Below, in pieces: positions 45,801-58,300 of a stretch of 64,000 nt of DNA. Within the stretch, counting starts at the first letter, position 1, and every line of letters starts with the position of its first letter. The DNA is from Tubiluchus corallicola (Eukaryota > Animalia > Priapulida): NCBI GenBank assembly GCA_030141605.1, contig JAQGDQ010000526.1, positions 84,804 to 148,803 of the forward strand, read 5' to 3'. A program made the position numbers and the translations under genes. Under the pieces are notes generated by a model. The model worked only from the letters and a program-made list of their open reading frames with translations, had not been told where the DNA came from and did not search any database.

Positions 45801-47273
45801 CTGCTGAGTTTGTTTGTGTACAATAACAGAATTACACTGTATCTAGACAAATGCAAGGTTCCATATCAAAAATTGACTGCATCGTTTAGTTCTTTCTCTT
45901 AATAAACTACAGTTTAATTAAGGTAACCGTCAAATGATGCAAGATTAAATTAAACTGACCAGAATCAACTTAGCTAACCGGTATCTATGCTAGTATTTAA
46001 TATCATCATACGCAAACACACATTGACAGCCTTCAAAAAAGTCTTCGCTAATGTCAAACTTTGAATAAGGTTGTTTTTTTTTGGGGGGGGGGACTACCTC
46101 AATATATTTTGTTAAAGTTTTATCATTACAAAATTTGGTTTCTCAACACTTGCGAACATTCTGCAAAAAACAGAGAGTGCATTAAAAAATTGAAAAATTT
46201 TTATACTCGTTATCTATTTCCAGTGTAACTTTTGCCTGTATATTTTTTCAGAAACAAATCCAATGTATTACACTAATTTATTATTTGCTTATTCTAAATT
46301 ATGGCTTCGCAGATTGGCTTCGCAAACTTAAGTTTACAATTAACCTGTGTGACCTAGTTTAGTTTATTTGTTATAGAAACTCAAGTAACAAAGGCAGTTT
46401 TGTGACATTTTTGTTTTTTATTTTTGTTTAATTTTAATAAACTAATTAACAATGTAGTAAATGCATCTCCGGAAGTTTAATGTGACATTTTGTCCAACGT
46501 CAACTGAGAACACTCACCTTTTGCTATACACTACTAATTTCATAAGATCTACATGCAGTTTATTGTTTGTGAGCTCCTATGATGCTTAAAAGAACCTGGC
46601 GTGCCATATAAAGTCCATGCCGATCTGTTTGAAAGGCTGTATCCTAGAGAAAGGGGTGTGATTAACTACCCTCTAGTAAATATATACAGCGATTTCATTC
46701 GAAAAGCACCTGACCTTGTAAGGAGACAGCTCAAGATTCATATACAAGCCAAGGAATGAATGTTTTGCTGCCTTCATTCCATGCAAACCACAAGAACTGT
46801 TATTTCATGCTTAGTGTATAAAACCATATTGCTGTCAACAACAACAATGAAAAAACAACAATTGTATATTGAAAAGGTTAACTTACCCCATCGAAGTAAT
46901 CATCATAATAGTAAGGCGTGTATGACCAGTTACTGTAATCAGGGTAACCATCTTCTGTTACATTTGCAGCAGCTGTTAGATTTTGTTCTTTGAAGTATTT
47001 TGATGAAGACACTGGATTTTTGTTGCAAATTGTCACAGCAGGAAAGTTCAGCTTACCGTCGTTGCGCACACCTATTGTAACTGTTTTGGGGGAACTGTTA
47101 AACTTCACAGCAATTTGATAAACTTGAATACCACCATAAACAACTACACCAAGGAAAAGAAGTATCCATACTAATCGAACTGTCATATGCGGCGAGAAAA
47201 AAGCTCTGTATATTCCATGAGCAGAAGTGCTAGCTGCAAAATATTGCAAGGGTTTATTCAACTGATCATCCAT
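31418..47273 (-). CDS. DEG/ENaC (ASIC/amiloride-sensitive sodium channel family) subunit, tandem copy B, apparently intact (~505 aa)
   Basis: Exons in transcript order: 46887-47273, 45568-45743, 45124-45242, 44762-44922, 42619-42720, 39600-39714, 38193-38262, 37893-37950, 34238-34302 (or -34313), 33433-33508, 31418-31606. HG motif, FPAVTICN, GRCFTFN, PYGNC, KLDIFYTDLSYESIEEAPAY, TM2 WQTLMSELGGSLGLCFGCSILTIFEFIE, stop TAG at 31418-31420. Confidence 0.93.
33583..33890. repeat. (CT)n-rich compound microsatellite
   Basis: Directly visible; in intron 9 of copy B only. Confidence 0.97.
35065..37152 (+). mobile_element. Decayed pogo/Fot1-type (DDE_1) Tc1-mariner DNA transposon with terminal inverted repeats
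   Basis: Motifs MWNPDETGLQ, LLVLYGHTTH, IPRHASHHLQQLDKNVFSSLK, NIKNGF..IYPFN with stops and frameshifts; TIR tatattgtggtaatgtcggcca (35065-35086) vs tggacgttattacccccaatata (37130-37152); repeated ggccgatatt subterminal motifs. Confidence 0.85.
40950..42445 (-). mobile_element. Degenerate L2-type LINE ORF2 3' fragments (intron 5 of copy B)
   Basis: IEMSSNAVNLCVIMNDCLSMVFHISSVSKSSYFYL and TPVL..WLPTVHKVTFRFILIAYNSL..ISDLLRLY match L2 post-RT motifs (NLGV..D..LSM..H; HWLP...RI.FK). Confidence 0.65.
44382..44531. mobile_element. Short Tigger/pogo-like MITE
   Basis: aaagtcaaacatcgttataac ... gtataaagaggtttgactg terminal inverted repeats; internal ttataacgcc repeats. Confidence 0.6.
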
Positions 47274-48842
47274 AATTAACAACACAAAAGCTGTGGGTTA
47301 AAGTTTATAATGGTATCGAAGTACTGTATAGTTACTGCACAATTTAATTCCTACAGCAAAAACTGGACACCAAACCAAACCGAACCCCAAAGAAATAATA
47401 TATTACACATAAACAATTGTCATAATAAGAACTATCAGTTTTATTATGCTATCATGAAAACTATCAGTTTTGTAGTACCTCGTTTATCAAGCATTCATAA
47501 TAATGAGTTGACATGGATACTAGGGGTTGTCCAGCAACAGTGACTATTACGACCACAGTAGTTTCATAAATAAAACAGCGGCAAATATGTGCGCAATTAT
47601 ATAGGTAAAGGCAAGAATAAAGAATATTATTGATCTAGATGTTGAAAATAAATCAACAACAAGGCTGTGATATAAATGAATATCAACAATGTCTACTACA
47701 AATATCTGTACATATTTGCAGCTGTTTTATTATTTAAGCTAGAATGGTCATATTATTCACATTACTTGTCAGCCCCTAGCATCCATGACTGTTTCTATTT
47801 TCTGGTTCTCATAATATGAACACGTTTAAACACCAATATATGCATGGACAGGAAAGCCATATGTATGTAGAAAAACCAAAGCAAGAACGTCCGCTGAGTT
47901 AAACAAAGGAGTTTATGTTTCATCTGTAATTCACCATCAGTAATTGACGTTTATAAATATAATCTATAACTTAGCAGCCAGCCTTACTTTAATTTTCTAA
48001 TTAGACTGTAGTAGTATGAAACCATTAACTATTTATTTGTTACAAATAAAACAAATATATACATGCTTGTTATTGGACTTTTAGTCCAAAAGCAGGAATT
48101 CCACACTCAAAAACAAATGTACGCCGTAACACGCAGACAAAACATGTAATCTGACAAGCATTATGTGAAACAGAAAATGTATATTTGTCTGAAAAACTGA
48201 TGCAATGCAGATTAAAAAGTACAGATTTGAAATGAAATTTCACGATAAATTCATGTAATACATTGTTATAAGTTAATTTCAATAAAAAAGTTGTATATTG
48301 TGTAAAATTATTGCAATGATAGCGTGATAAAATAGAATTGAGAACTGGATCTGACAAAGCAGGCCCATGTTTAGATTTAAAAATAGTAAAACAAAAATGA
48401 AATGATTACTGATTTTGCAGTTTTTCTTTGAAACCTTTAAACTTCGTGTGGTTGGAGTGTGATAATAGAGGTTTATGCACACATTAACATTTTTACATCG
48501 ATTTTTGAAATGAACTTGCGTGTCTTCCAATCTCGTTTGCAGAAGATTGCACGTCAAAGCCGTTTTCCTCAATGTCTACAACAAGCTTGTATATTTATTC
48601 TCTTTAAACTTGTTTACTTTTTCAATGTTCATGTGAAAAGGGACTGTCAGCTCGACTATGAATTATTTCTTCGGTAGTTTAAATACTCATATATGTCAGT
48701 GGTATTTATACGTGGAATGTATTTTTTGTTCATTCATGTATAGTGCTAACTCTATTGCTGTTAAAACCAGTTAAATCAACATGAACTATGAAGCCAGTTG
48801 ACAGACACTGAAGAAGTTTGCGTATTCCAATAACGAACCATG

Positions 48843-48924
48843 TATACCTTATTGTAACATTACCTTACTGAAGGGAAATAATGAAATATGTATACCTTGT
48901 AACATTACCTTACTGAAGGGAAAT
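48843..48924. repeat. Short direct duplication
   Basis: tgtaacattaccttactgaagggaaat occurs twice. Confidence 0.8.
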
Positions 48925-50510
48925 GTTACAAGAATTACTAATGTGAGAAAATGATTCCGTGTAGTTGCAGTCTGAGAATTTGGCTAAGGCTTTTTTGCCG
49001 CAAACAGAAAGGTTGTGATTTCGGTAGCGCATTGACTTTTGTATTATACGCAAATACCAGAATGTCCTTTGGGAGATTACAAGTCACACTCTTCCAGTCA
49101 GTGCGATTAATTTCTTTATAAGATTGCAAAATAAACAGCCCGCATCACCTGAGTTTTGATTTTAAATTGTCAGTCACAATGAATAAGAAATTGGACGCCT
49201 TTGTTTCTTTTTTAGAGCTTAGTTGTGGTTTCTACTGCTGGCCTGAGGTACAGTGAAAAATAAGGAAAACAAGTTTGAAATAGACGAAAAAATAACTGAG
49301 TTGACAAGGGTGTGTTGTAGTGGTGATTTAGTAACTGATAAACAGAATCTTAAAGTAATCAATTTTGACGTAATGTAAAAATTCTAATGATTAACGTTGT
49401 TATTTATCCACCCATATATATATATACCACCGAAATTAACATATAGATTACAAATATTCCTATAGGACAGGTTAATTTATGCAATATTTGTATGTAAAAT
49501 CAATGCCTTGAATTGCCTTCCTCTCGGGGCTGTGTAGATTTAGTTCACTTAATTTATTACATTACCGTTGAGTTTCACGCTAAAAGGGAATTAGGTATAT
49601 GACGTTAATAAAAACTCGTGCTAAATCCACGTATCGTAAATTATATCACTCCATATAACAGTTCATACAGGGTGTCATAGATAAACACTACCTTTTTCTC
49701 TTTTAATATATTCATTTTACTACGCATGCGCGAATCTCATTGGTTACGTTGATATGTACAGGTTATATACTATACCCATTTCTTATTAACTAGTCTATGA
49801 CTACGACAATACATACGTCACTTGTCAACGAATTGAAACCCACCGTTTGCAACACTATGGTTTGCAATTGTGCAAATTACGTAAGGCCGGAGAAACAAAA
49901 AAATGCAATATAACACAATAATTACAGTTATTTGTGAGAATGAAGAGCGATTTTAACATTTTTGTTGCTGTGTCTAATTTTACACAGAAATATCTTGTAT
50001 GTTACATGTCAATATAATCAGAAAAAACTGCATTGTGATACGCGATACATTAAGGTAAAAAGTAACCCCAAACGGCATCAATGATAAAAAAATACGTATG
50101 ATCCATTTCTATTGTTATGCATCTTTTGTTTTCTGTAACGCCATCAGGAAAACAAAACAACTCAGTTATAGTGAAAAAGGAATTCTGACTGCAAATCTAT
50201 TATTGTATGTAATATGCTACATAAACCTGTAGTAAACCTCGCGATTATTATTATTATTTAATTATTAGTAACAATTTAGTACAACGTGTGTACTTATTAG
50301 TTAATTACAATTATAGTTATTTAGTTTATTATTAGCTTTAGTCATTATAGTTTTTGATAGATCATTGTACATGCATTTGAATGTGATAAAAACTCATGCT
50401 AAGCCTATGTATCTTTCCATATAACGTTTTATGTATGAGATTCGCCCATGAGCAGCCCATAGTGGATGTGATAGACAAGCACTACCTTTTCTGTTCTGTT
50501 TCATTTATAT

Positions 50511-50522
50511 TGCGCATGCGCA
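50511..50522. promoter_or_regulatory. NRF1-type palindrome TGCGCATGCGCA in the repeated upstream module of channel copy B
   Basis: Exact palindrome; variant TACGCATGCGCG at 49721-49732 followed by ATTGG (CCAAT box). Confidence 0.35.
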
Positions 50523-51326
50523 AACCTCATTGCTCCACGAGACTGTTATTTGTGAGAACGAAGCCCGATTTTGGTATTTTTTCCTGTTGTGTCAAATTTT
50601 ACACAGAAATATCTTGTATGTAACATGTCAATATAATAAATAGTCTCTGGTTTAATTGTTGTGAATAAATTTAGGAATACGAATTTTGGCGAATAATTGA
50701 TTGAGTTATCAGATGAATTAGATTCAGATTAGAATATGAACATGTTTTTGTAAGTAATATTGCATTATTATTTTTTGTTACTTGATAATAATTGATAATG
50801 TCTGTGTATTACTAAAATTCAACTACAACTAATATGTGCATTCATTTTCATGTGAACCATGCCTTGATCTCACCACTTTAGGTTCTATTTTCTAATCTAC
50901 AAACAGTTTCTTCACAGTTTTATCCATAAATTAGTGACTTTTTCCATACAGAAAACATTTTTCTTCCATTTTGCTTTCAAGACTGTTATGCTATGGTGCA
51001 TTTACCAGGCTTAGGCAGCAATTCTTGCCCTAACAATCGATAATTGTGTGTGATTTTAATGCTTTGAAATCCCTTGTTGAAAGTTAAACAACACTGTACA
51101 CGTGTATATGGATGCGTGACAACTTGAATATTACTTGCTCAACTTTGTTCAATTTTTATAACATTTTTAACTGTTATGTATGCTATTTGTTTGCGTTTTC
51201 AGATTTGCCTGTGTTTTGATACTACATTTTTGTCACTAAGTGTAATAACACTGTGCAATCAAAGATTTTGTTAGCAGTTTTCTTTTCATGGGTTCACGAG
51301 TTTACTCATACACACATTAATTAGCA

Positions 51327-51941
51327 CACTAAGTCCTCGCTTAACGATGCTCATTGGTGCCAGCAAAACACTACATTAAGTGAAACGTCGTTAAACAAAA
51401 TCAAAACTTCCATAGAAAACAATAGAAAAGATATGAGATACGTTCCAGCGGCAAAAATCAGTGCTGTTCAAATCATATAAATTAAACATTTATGAGTTTC
51501 ATTATGGTTTTTAATAGCTAATTTCTTTCTGCTTGTTTGAAAACCATTTATCTTGCTTACCAATACATACCTAATTAGCCGTTTCTCTTTCATTAAGATT
51601 TAAGCGTAGGCAGCCATTAAACAATAAACACTGCAGAGTCAAAGCCAAGCGCTGCACGAGGCGACCGATAGAAACTGCAGCTAGTATAGTAATCAGTCGG
51701 GAAGCAAAAACATATATAATAATGATGCACTTTAAAACAGAATAACGCAATACGTGCCATTTCAATACTTCAAATTAAGTAAAAAAGGTGCTGATAAATG
51801 AAAATTGAGTTTCGGCAAAGTAAAAAAATCGTCGTTAAAATGAAATGTGCGCCGTTAAGCGAAAAACATGTGTCAAATGTTCAAACGTAGCTAAAATAAA
51901 ATGTCGCTAAACGGGAAGTCGTTTAATTGAGGACTTCCTGC
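51327..51941. mobile_element. Tigger-like MITE
   Basis: Left aagtcctcgcttaacga vs right tcgtttaattgaggacttcctg inverted termini; internal gtcgttaa repeats. Confidence 0.6.
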
Positions 51942-52332
51942 ACATAAATACATAAACACACTAGCCAACATCTTGTGAATTAAAAAAGCGGACACATTGG
52001 CATTGCATGTAAGCTACTTTAAATGAATGCAAATAAAACACGGTCACTAGCAAACATTACTAAGCAATCACATAAATTTATTGATTATCTATTAATATTT
52101 CAAAGTCACTAATAACAGATGGGACTACACTTAAAACATCAGGAATATCGCAACTATTTCTAATAGACGTTACAGAAACAGAATGAAGGTATTGTTCCAA
52201 AAGATAATTAAATTCGGCTTTAACAAACTGTATACTAAAACAGCAAATAAAATTTAACTAAAACTATATACTTTGTCAGGTCTCTAAAAATACATTTGTA
52301 CACTATACACACATCTATTCACAGAGAACTGC

Positions 52333-55300
52333 TTATCTTTCTCCTTTGATAGAGAAAAACAAGCAGTCTTCTAAAATGTTATTAGCTGACTTGAAACTCA
52401 GCAATTCATCATAAGTTATGCGAAGCTGTTCCATCACATTCCTGCAGTCCTGATCATGTCTTTTGTACGCTGTCTCAAACAACAACTTGTTCATTATGTA
52501 GTGAATCCATAGCACATTTGTGTAGGGGCAATATCTTTCCCAATTATTACTGGAAAAATATTATAATAAAATTAAGTCAAATTACTTAAAACGAATTAGT
52601 TGTGACCTAACAACCTGGACAAAAAAAAAACGCAAAATATGATGAAGGTTTTAGTAAATATTGTCCGGAATTTCCACCTACAAACTGAGTAGTTTTATTT
52701 CATGCTCAGATGAGATTTTGCTTTGCTATCATGTGACAGAAGATCTAAATGAATAAATTAACAGTAGTTATGCATTGTGCCTGAAGTTATATAAATCTAT
52801 ACATTTTCTTAATTAATCCCATGTTATATTTATTTATTGACAATTTACAAGCCATACAATTACAAGCTACAAAAATATATAAACAATGCAACACATTAAT
52901 ATGAAGAAAAAACTACACAGACAAAACCCCGCACATGGGGTATAATTGTCACACAATACACAATAATTAATAATAGTAATAATAATAACAATAGTAAACG
53001 GTATTAACAGTGGTTAAATATTACAATTACATTATATTATGTTAAGTTATTTTACATAGTTTAGTACACAGTTTAGTACATGATAAAGCATTAGGTATTT
53101 AACTTAATAAGGTAAAAGAATAGTATGAGTGATGATATATTTTTACAGATGAAAATTTGACGCCATATTGCACTTTGGATACATACACACATACATAATC
53201 TTTATTTAAAGTCGGGCGTATAACGGAAGAACATAGGCTATTCATACCGACTAAAATACACTATGCTAATTTTTTTTACTAAAAATATACGTACAATATT
53301 ACTCGAATTTGAAATAAAATCAAAAACGAATGAAAAAATTGGGTACTCTGCAAAATATAAAATAAAATCATAAAAGCAAGGATAAAAACAAAATAGTCAC
53401 AAAATATGATTAATAGAAATACAGTAGGTGCAGCTTAATATGTAACTGTAATTTAAATGCTCTCATCTGCGACAATCATGTCTATTAAATACTTACCCGT
53501 TTGCCTTTTGCATCAACCTGTATATCTCAAACTGATAATCATTTTCTCCAGTAAACAAGGTTGGATCAGCAGCAAGGTCAGCATACACAATTCCAAACCC
53601 TACAAAAAACAGCACAAAATTATAATAATATAGTGCAGCTTTATTCTTGGACACATTTGGAATGTCATTGTTGGTCACCTACACTTTTGTTATGATTAAA
53701 AATAGCTTTAATCAAACGAATTCACTGCTCTCGATCTATAGGAATTTCTCTACAAAAGAGTCAACAGTAGCACATACCACGCCAAACTTACAAGAAAAAG
53801 TTAAATCCTAAAAATTAATCTTACAAGAGAGGCTTACATAATTTATTATGGGATCATTAGTAAACAGGACAATTTATTGCCTACAGTACATTGCAGTAAC
53901 AACACTGACAAAAATTGACATTGGTTTTCTAAATTAAATTAAATCAAATCCTGCTACACTAAGCAAGACATTTTAAAGTAAATTTTCTTTTTTTAATTCG
54001 TGTCGCAATTTGGCTGACAAATATAATAGATTATGTATGAAAAGCCCTCCCTTAGTCCCGACCAGCAATGCTTCATGATAACTATGAACCCCAGGTACCA
54101 ATGCAAAATAATGATACAACAAAACTCAGGCTTTGTGTTACAACATTCTAATCTTTTACAACATTTTTGTTGACTTTATAAATGATCAGAATGCTTGAAA
54201 TAAACGACTAAATTACAAAAGCAGTTGTGGCTAGTAAGTCTAAATTATATGCATGCTTCAATGTAAGCAAGAAAGTGATTTCACATATCACAGTGGCAGG
54301 TGTCATAAAGTCAGCATACCTCCTCTGAGACGTGACAGCGTGAAATCAATCATGGTAACATGGACACCATGGGATTTTATTGAGAAGCATTGCTTATTAT
54401 GAATGTACGACACAAACGGGTCATCAGTCCGCTTCACCAGCACATTACCCCAATGTAGGTCTCTATGTTCAAACTCGTAGGCAGTTTCTGCTACAGCTAA
54501 TGTGCACACTAATTGCTGCACTACGCTGAATGCTTCCAGCACATTATCAAACTACAAAAACAAAGGATTTATGATTTATCCAGCTAAACGTATTTGTCTA
54601 AAAATTTTATATTATCTGCATATAAGCATATCGCACGCAGAGTGCAAAGATCTTGTTACAAGCGATGCAAAGCAAAATTTTAAAATTTAAGCTCCTGTTT
54701 TCGTTAAAGGAAAACTAGACGATTGTGTAAACATTAGTTCAGAATAAAGAATGCTCCAAAATATTAAAAACTACAATAGCTTTTTTTAAATCAAAGCTCA
54801 GATTAAATAATGATTACCACGGATACTCATATTTTGTTAAACTTTCAAATCTACGAGCAGCTCAGTGAATCTACTAAGATTGGCAATGGCGCCATTTTGT
54901 CATATGCATGTACCAAACACATAGAAGGTGGCACCATGATCATGAACTGCAGTGTTAGTTTCTGATCTCATATGACTTAGAGCCCATTTTCATGACATTA
55001 CGCATTTAAGCAGTAACACTTATGCAAATGTGCTTGTCGTGCAAGGGAAAATGCCTACCATTGCACAAACAGAATCTCATAACTTGCATCTGAAGAACAA
55101 ATTAAATACATGATAAAAATTTTTTACCTGGAATGATTCTAGCATGACTCCTCCGTCACCGAATTCAAACATTATGTACAGCTGATCTTGGTCAAACATA
55201 TCTTAAAAAAAATAACAGCTTGCAAAATTAATTATGCAAGAGTATTCAAAACAGAGCAAAAATAACAAATGTAAGTACAACAAACATGTTGAAAAAACTT

Positions 55301-58300
55301 TAATATTGTGCAGCTATTTTGATCCACAACAAGTTTGTAAACTAGAATGCAGCTGAAAAAAATCTTAACACATAATTAGGTGTATGAGATCATAACAGAT
55401 GAGTTTTTCAGCAATAAAACAGGAAAATTTCAAACCACACGAGACTTCTAGTAGCATGTAGTACATTAAACATGAAAATAATGTTTCATGCAAGCTGTTT
55501 TCTATAAATATAAACAAACTGGCTAAAGAAATAAAATGTTCTCAGCTTGGTATTAAACTAACTGGAAACTTTTTTGTTTATATACTGCTATATGCTGAGG
55601 ATAATGTACATATATCATAGACACCTGAAAAGCGACAAAAGATGCTGGATACTGTTTGCAATTACTGCTACAAAAGGCAACTAAATTTGCATGAAGAAAA
55701 GACAAACGTAGTGCGTTTCAGAATCAAGATGAGGGAAAAAATTCCTGTTTCACTTCTGAATCTGATAATTCAGTACAGTTAAAACTCAATACAAGCACCT
55801 TAGTTTACTATGCTAACCTGGCTTTTCATTCTCTGATTTGTGTTTTTCATCGTATACATCCCACTCATCAAGGAGAAGCTGTGGATACTTGCCCTGAGCA
55901 ACACGTATACGGTTGACGCAAACAAAGTTGCTAGTTCGATTTGACCTGTCCTCTCGTCGCAGATTGCTCAGTTTTCTACAGAAAAAATATACACAGAATA
56001 AAAGAAATAAAAGTGCTGGCAGGAGTAACAGTAACAATTAGTATCGTAATACCGGTAAAATTAAGGATGCGCAGCTCAATCAGATATTTAATAAGCAAAA
56101 TTTCACATTTGGTATAACATTAAGTACATGATACTACATCTCCATTTATTACAGTAACTATTAGTAACGTATTACCTGAAGATCCAGGATACACAATTCA
56201 GTCTAGTCATTTATTTGAATACCCAAAATTGGATATGTATAATGTTAAGCAGTATTATCTAATTATAAATTATTATGCACTGATTACTAATATTTCCTGA
56301 ATGATGAATCACGTGCAACAAAAAATGTGAATGTAATAAATACAGTCATACCTCCATTTTCAAACGATTCCGTACTTGTACAAATCGATTTTCGACCAAA
56401 AAATTCGAGCTGAAATTGTCTCCATTCTCGACCAACCCCCAAACACATGGCGAGTCAGTAGAGCCGAGCATAACTGACCACACCCGAGAGTATTCACGCA
56501 CGTTTCCGATCTTGCGTACATATACCATCACACTGCTACCAACATGTGAGGTTTTTCAAGCAGGAATAATTATGTTTTTCTTTCTAAGTAATTCTATTGT
56601 GTTTTTCTTATCAATAATATCACATCTACTGTTTGAATAAACATTTTTACATTATTATATTTCATTTTAGCAATGCTTTAAAGTTCATTTGGTGCTTGAG
56701 AACGCATTATTTGCTTTTGCATTATTTCTTATGGGAATAAATGATTCGGTACTCAACCAAATCGGTTTTCAAACCCTTCAGGAAAGAATTATGGTCGAAA
56801 ACCGAGGTATGACTGTATTAACAAAGCACAAAATTAGACCAATAACCTCACATAAAAAATTTATCATTTCTACTCGCAACAGCGATTTCAACTATCTGAG
56901 GATTTTTTGGCACAATTAAGTAGAGATTTGAAACTAACTGTTATATATTCAGAAAGTGCGGTTGTATGGTTGCACATATGAATTCATTAAATGACTTCGC
57001 TGTGCTAAAAGCGATTGGAAATCTAAGCAAACTAATGATGTAACATACAACTAAGTGTAGCAAGGCAACACTGCTTATCAAAATAGGAAATTTCCGGGGG
57101 TTGTGATTCTGTCATTTTTCAATAACTGTTCCAAGTATCGTTTATAAATCAGCCTCAAAATTAAACAACTTCACACTAATGAACAAACACGAAGTACAAC
57201 TGCACATACTGATTAAAGGACAAGAAAAGGGGTACCTGAAGTAGGTTTCAGAAGAATCGCCTTAAAAATTGTATTATTTTGCAGCAATTTTATGCATCTG
57301 TCGTACCCAAGTTAAAAGGAATTTTTGTTTGTTTGCATTTGAAATCTCCAGCAATACTCTTCCAAAGTCGCCATTACATGACGTCACTACGCAAACGTAA
57401 ATCATGTTAAATTATGTCCCAAAAAACTTTCCATGCAAATCTATATTACTTAGCATTTTGCTTACCTGTTGGAAAGACTTGTGTAACTAGAAATGATAAT
57501 TTAAAATGTTTGTGCCAATTAGTAAAATGTCGCTGGCTTCCTCTAGGGTCTAGGGTGCGCCACTCACTAACCAAAACTTGTTTTTAATCTTATTGACAAG
57601 ACTTATTTAACTTAATTAGCAACATGTGTGCTACGATTGCTCTAATTTTTTTCAAACCTCAGGTAATGTTATCTAAACTTGTTTCAAATAACCTACCATT
57701 AGAGGCTACGCCTAACGGTCATCGTCGTAGTTTAAATTTACGTTTTATACAACGTTACTGCTGATGCAAGCCCTGCATGCAAAAAGGCAGTAGATAAGTG
57801 GCATGAAATTTCAAGATGAATTTACTTCAGAACTCTCTTACGTTGATATAGTTGCTTCTGACCAGATTTCTGCTATAGTCTTTTGAGGCTCGCCGTTAAT
57901 ACTGATGTCACCATTAATAGGAACAATTTTCAAAACCACCGACTGTTTCCTGCTGTTTACAGTCCTGAAGACTTCACCAAAGACACCTTCGCCAATTTTT
58001 TTACATTTGCTCAACATTCTGTAAAAAGTTTAAAAAAACGTTCAAAAATTAAACCACATAATGTTGATTGGTGATACACTTTCTCCCTAAAAAGGCATTC
58101 AGCACTCACAAGAATGCAGAAAAATAAAAAAAACTAAAGGAACCTAAGAAGGGAGCAGAACACAGTATCCCAGACACGCAAAACCCAACAATCATGCAGA
58201 CTCGAAAAAAATTAATGAGGAGAAATCATTTGTATGCTTGCATAGCAAACTTGTACATGAGCTGGCAACTAAGCTTCTCTAGTTATTCACATATATCCCG

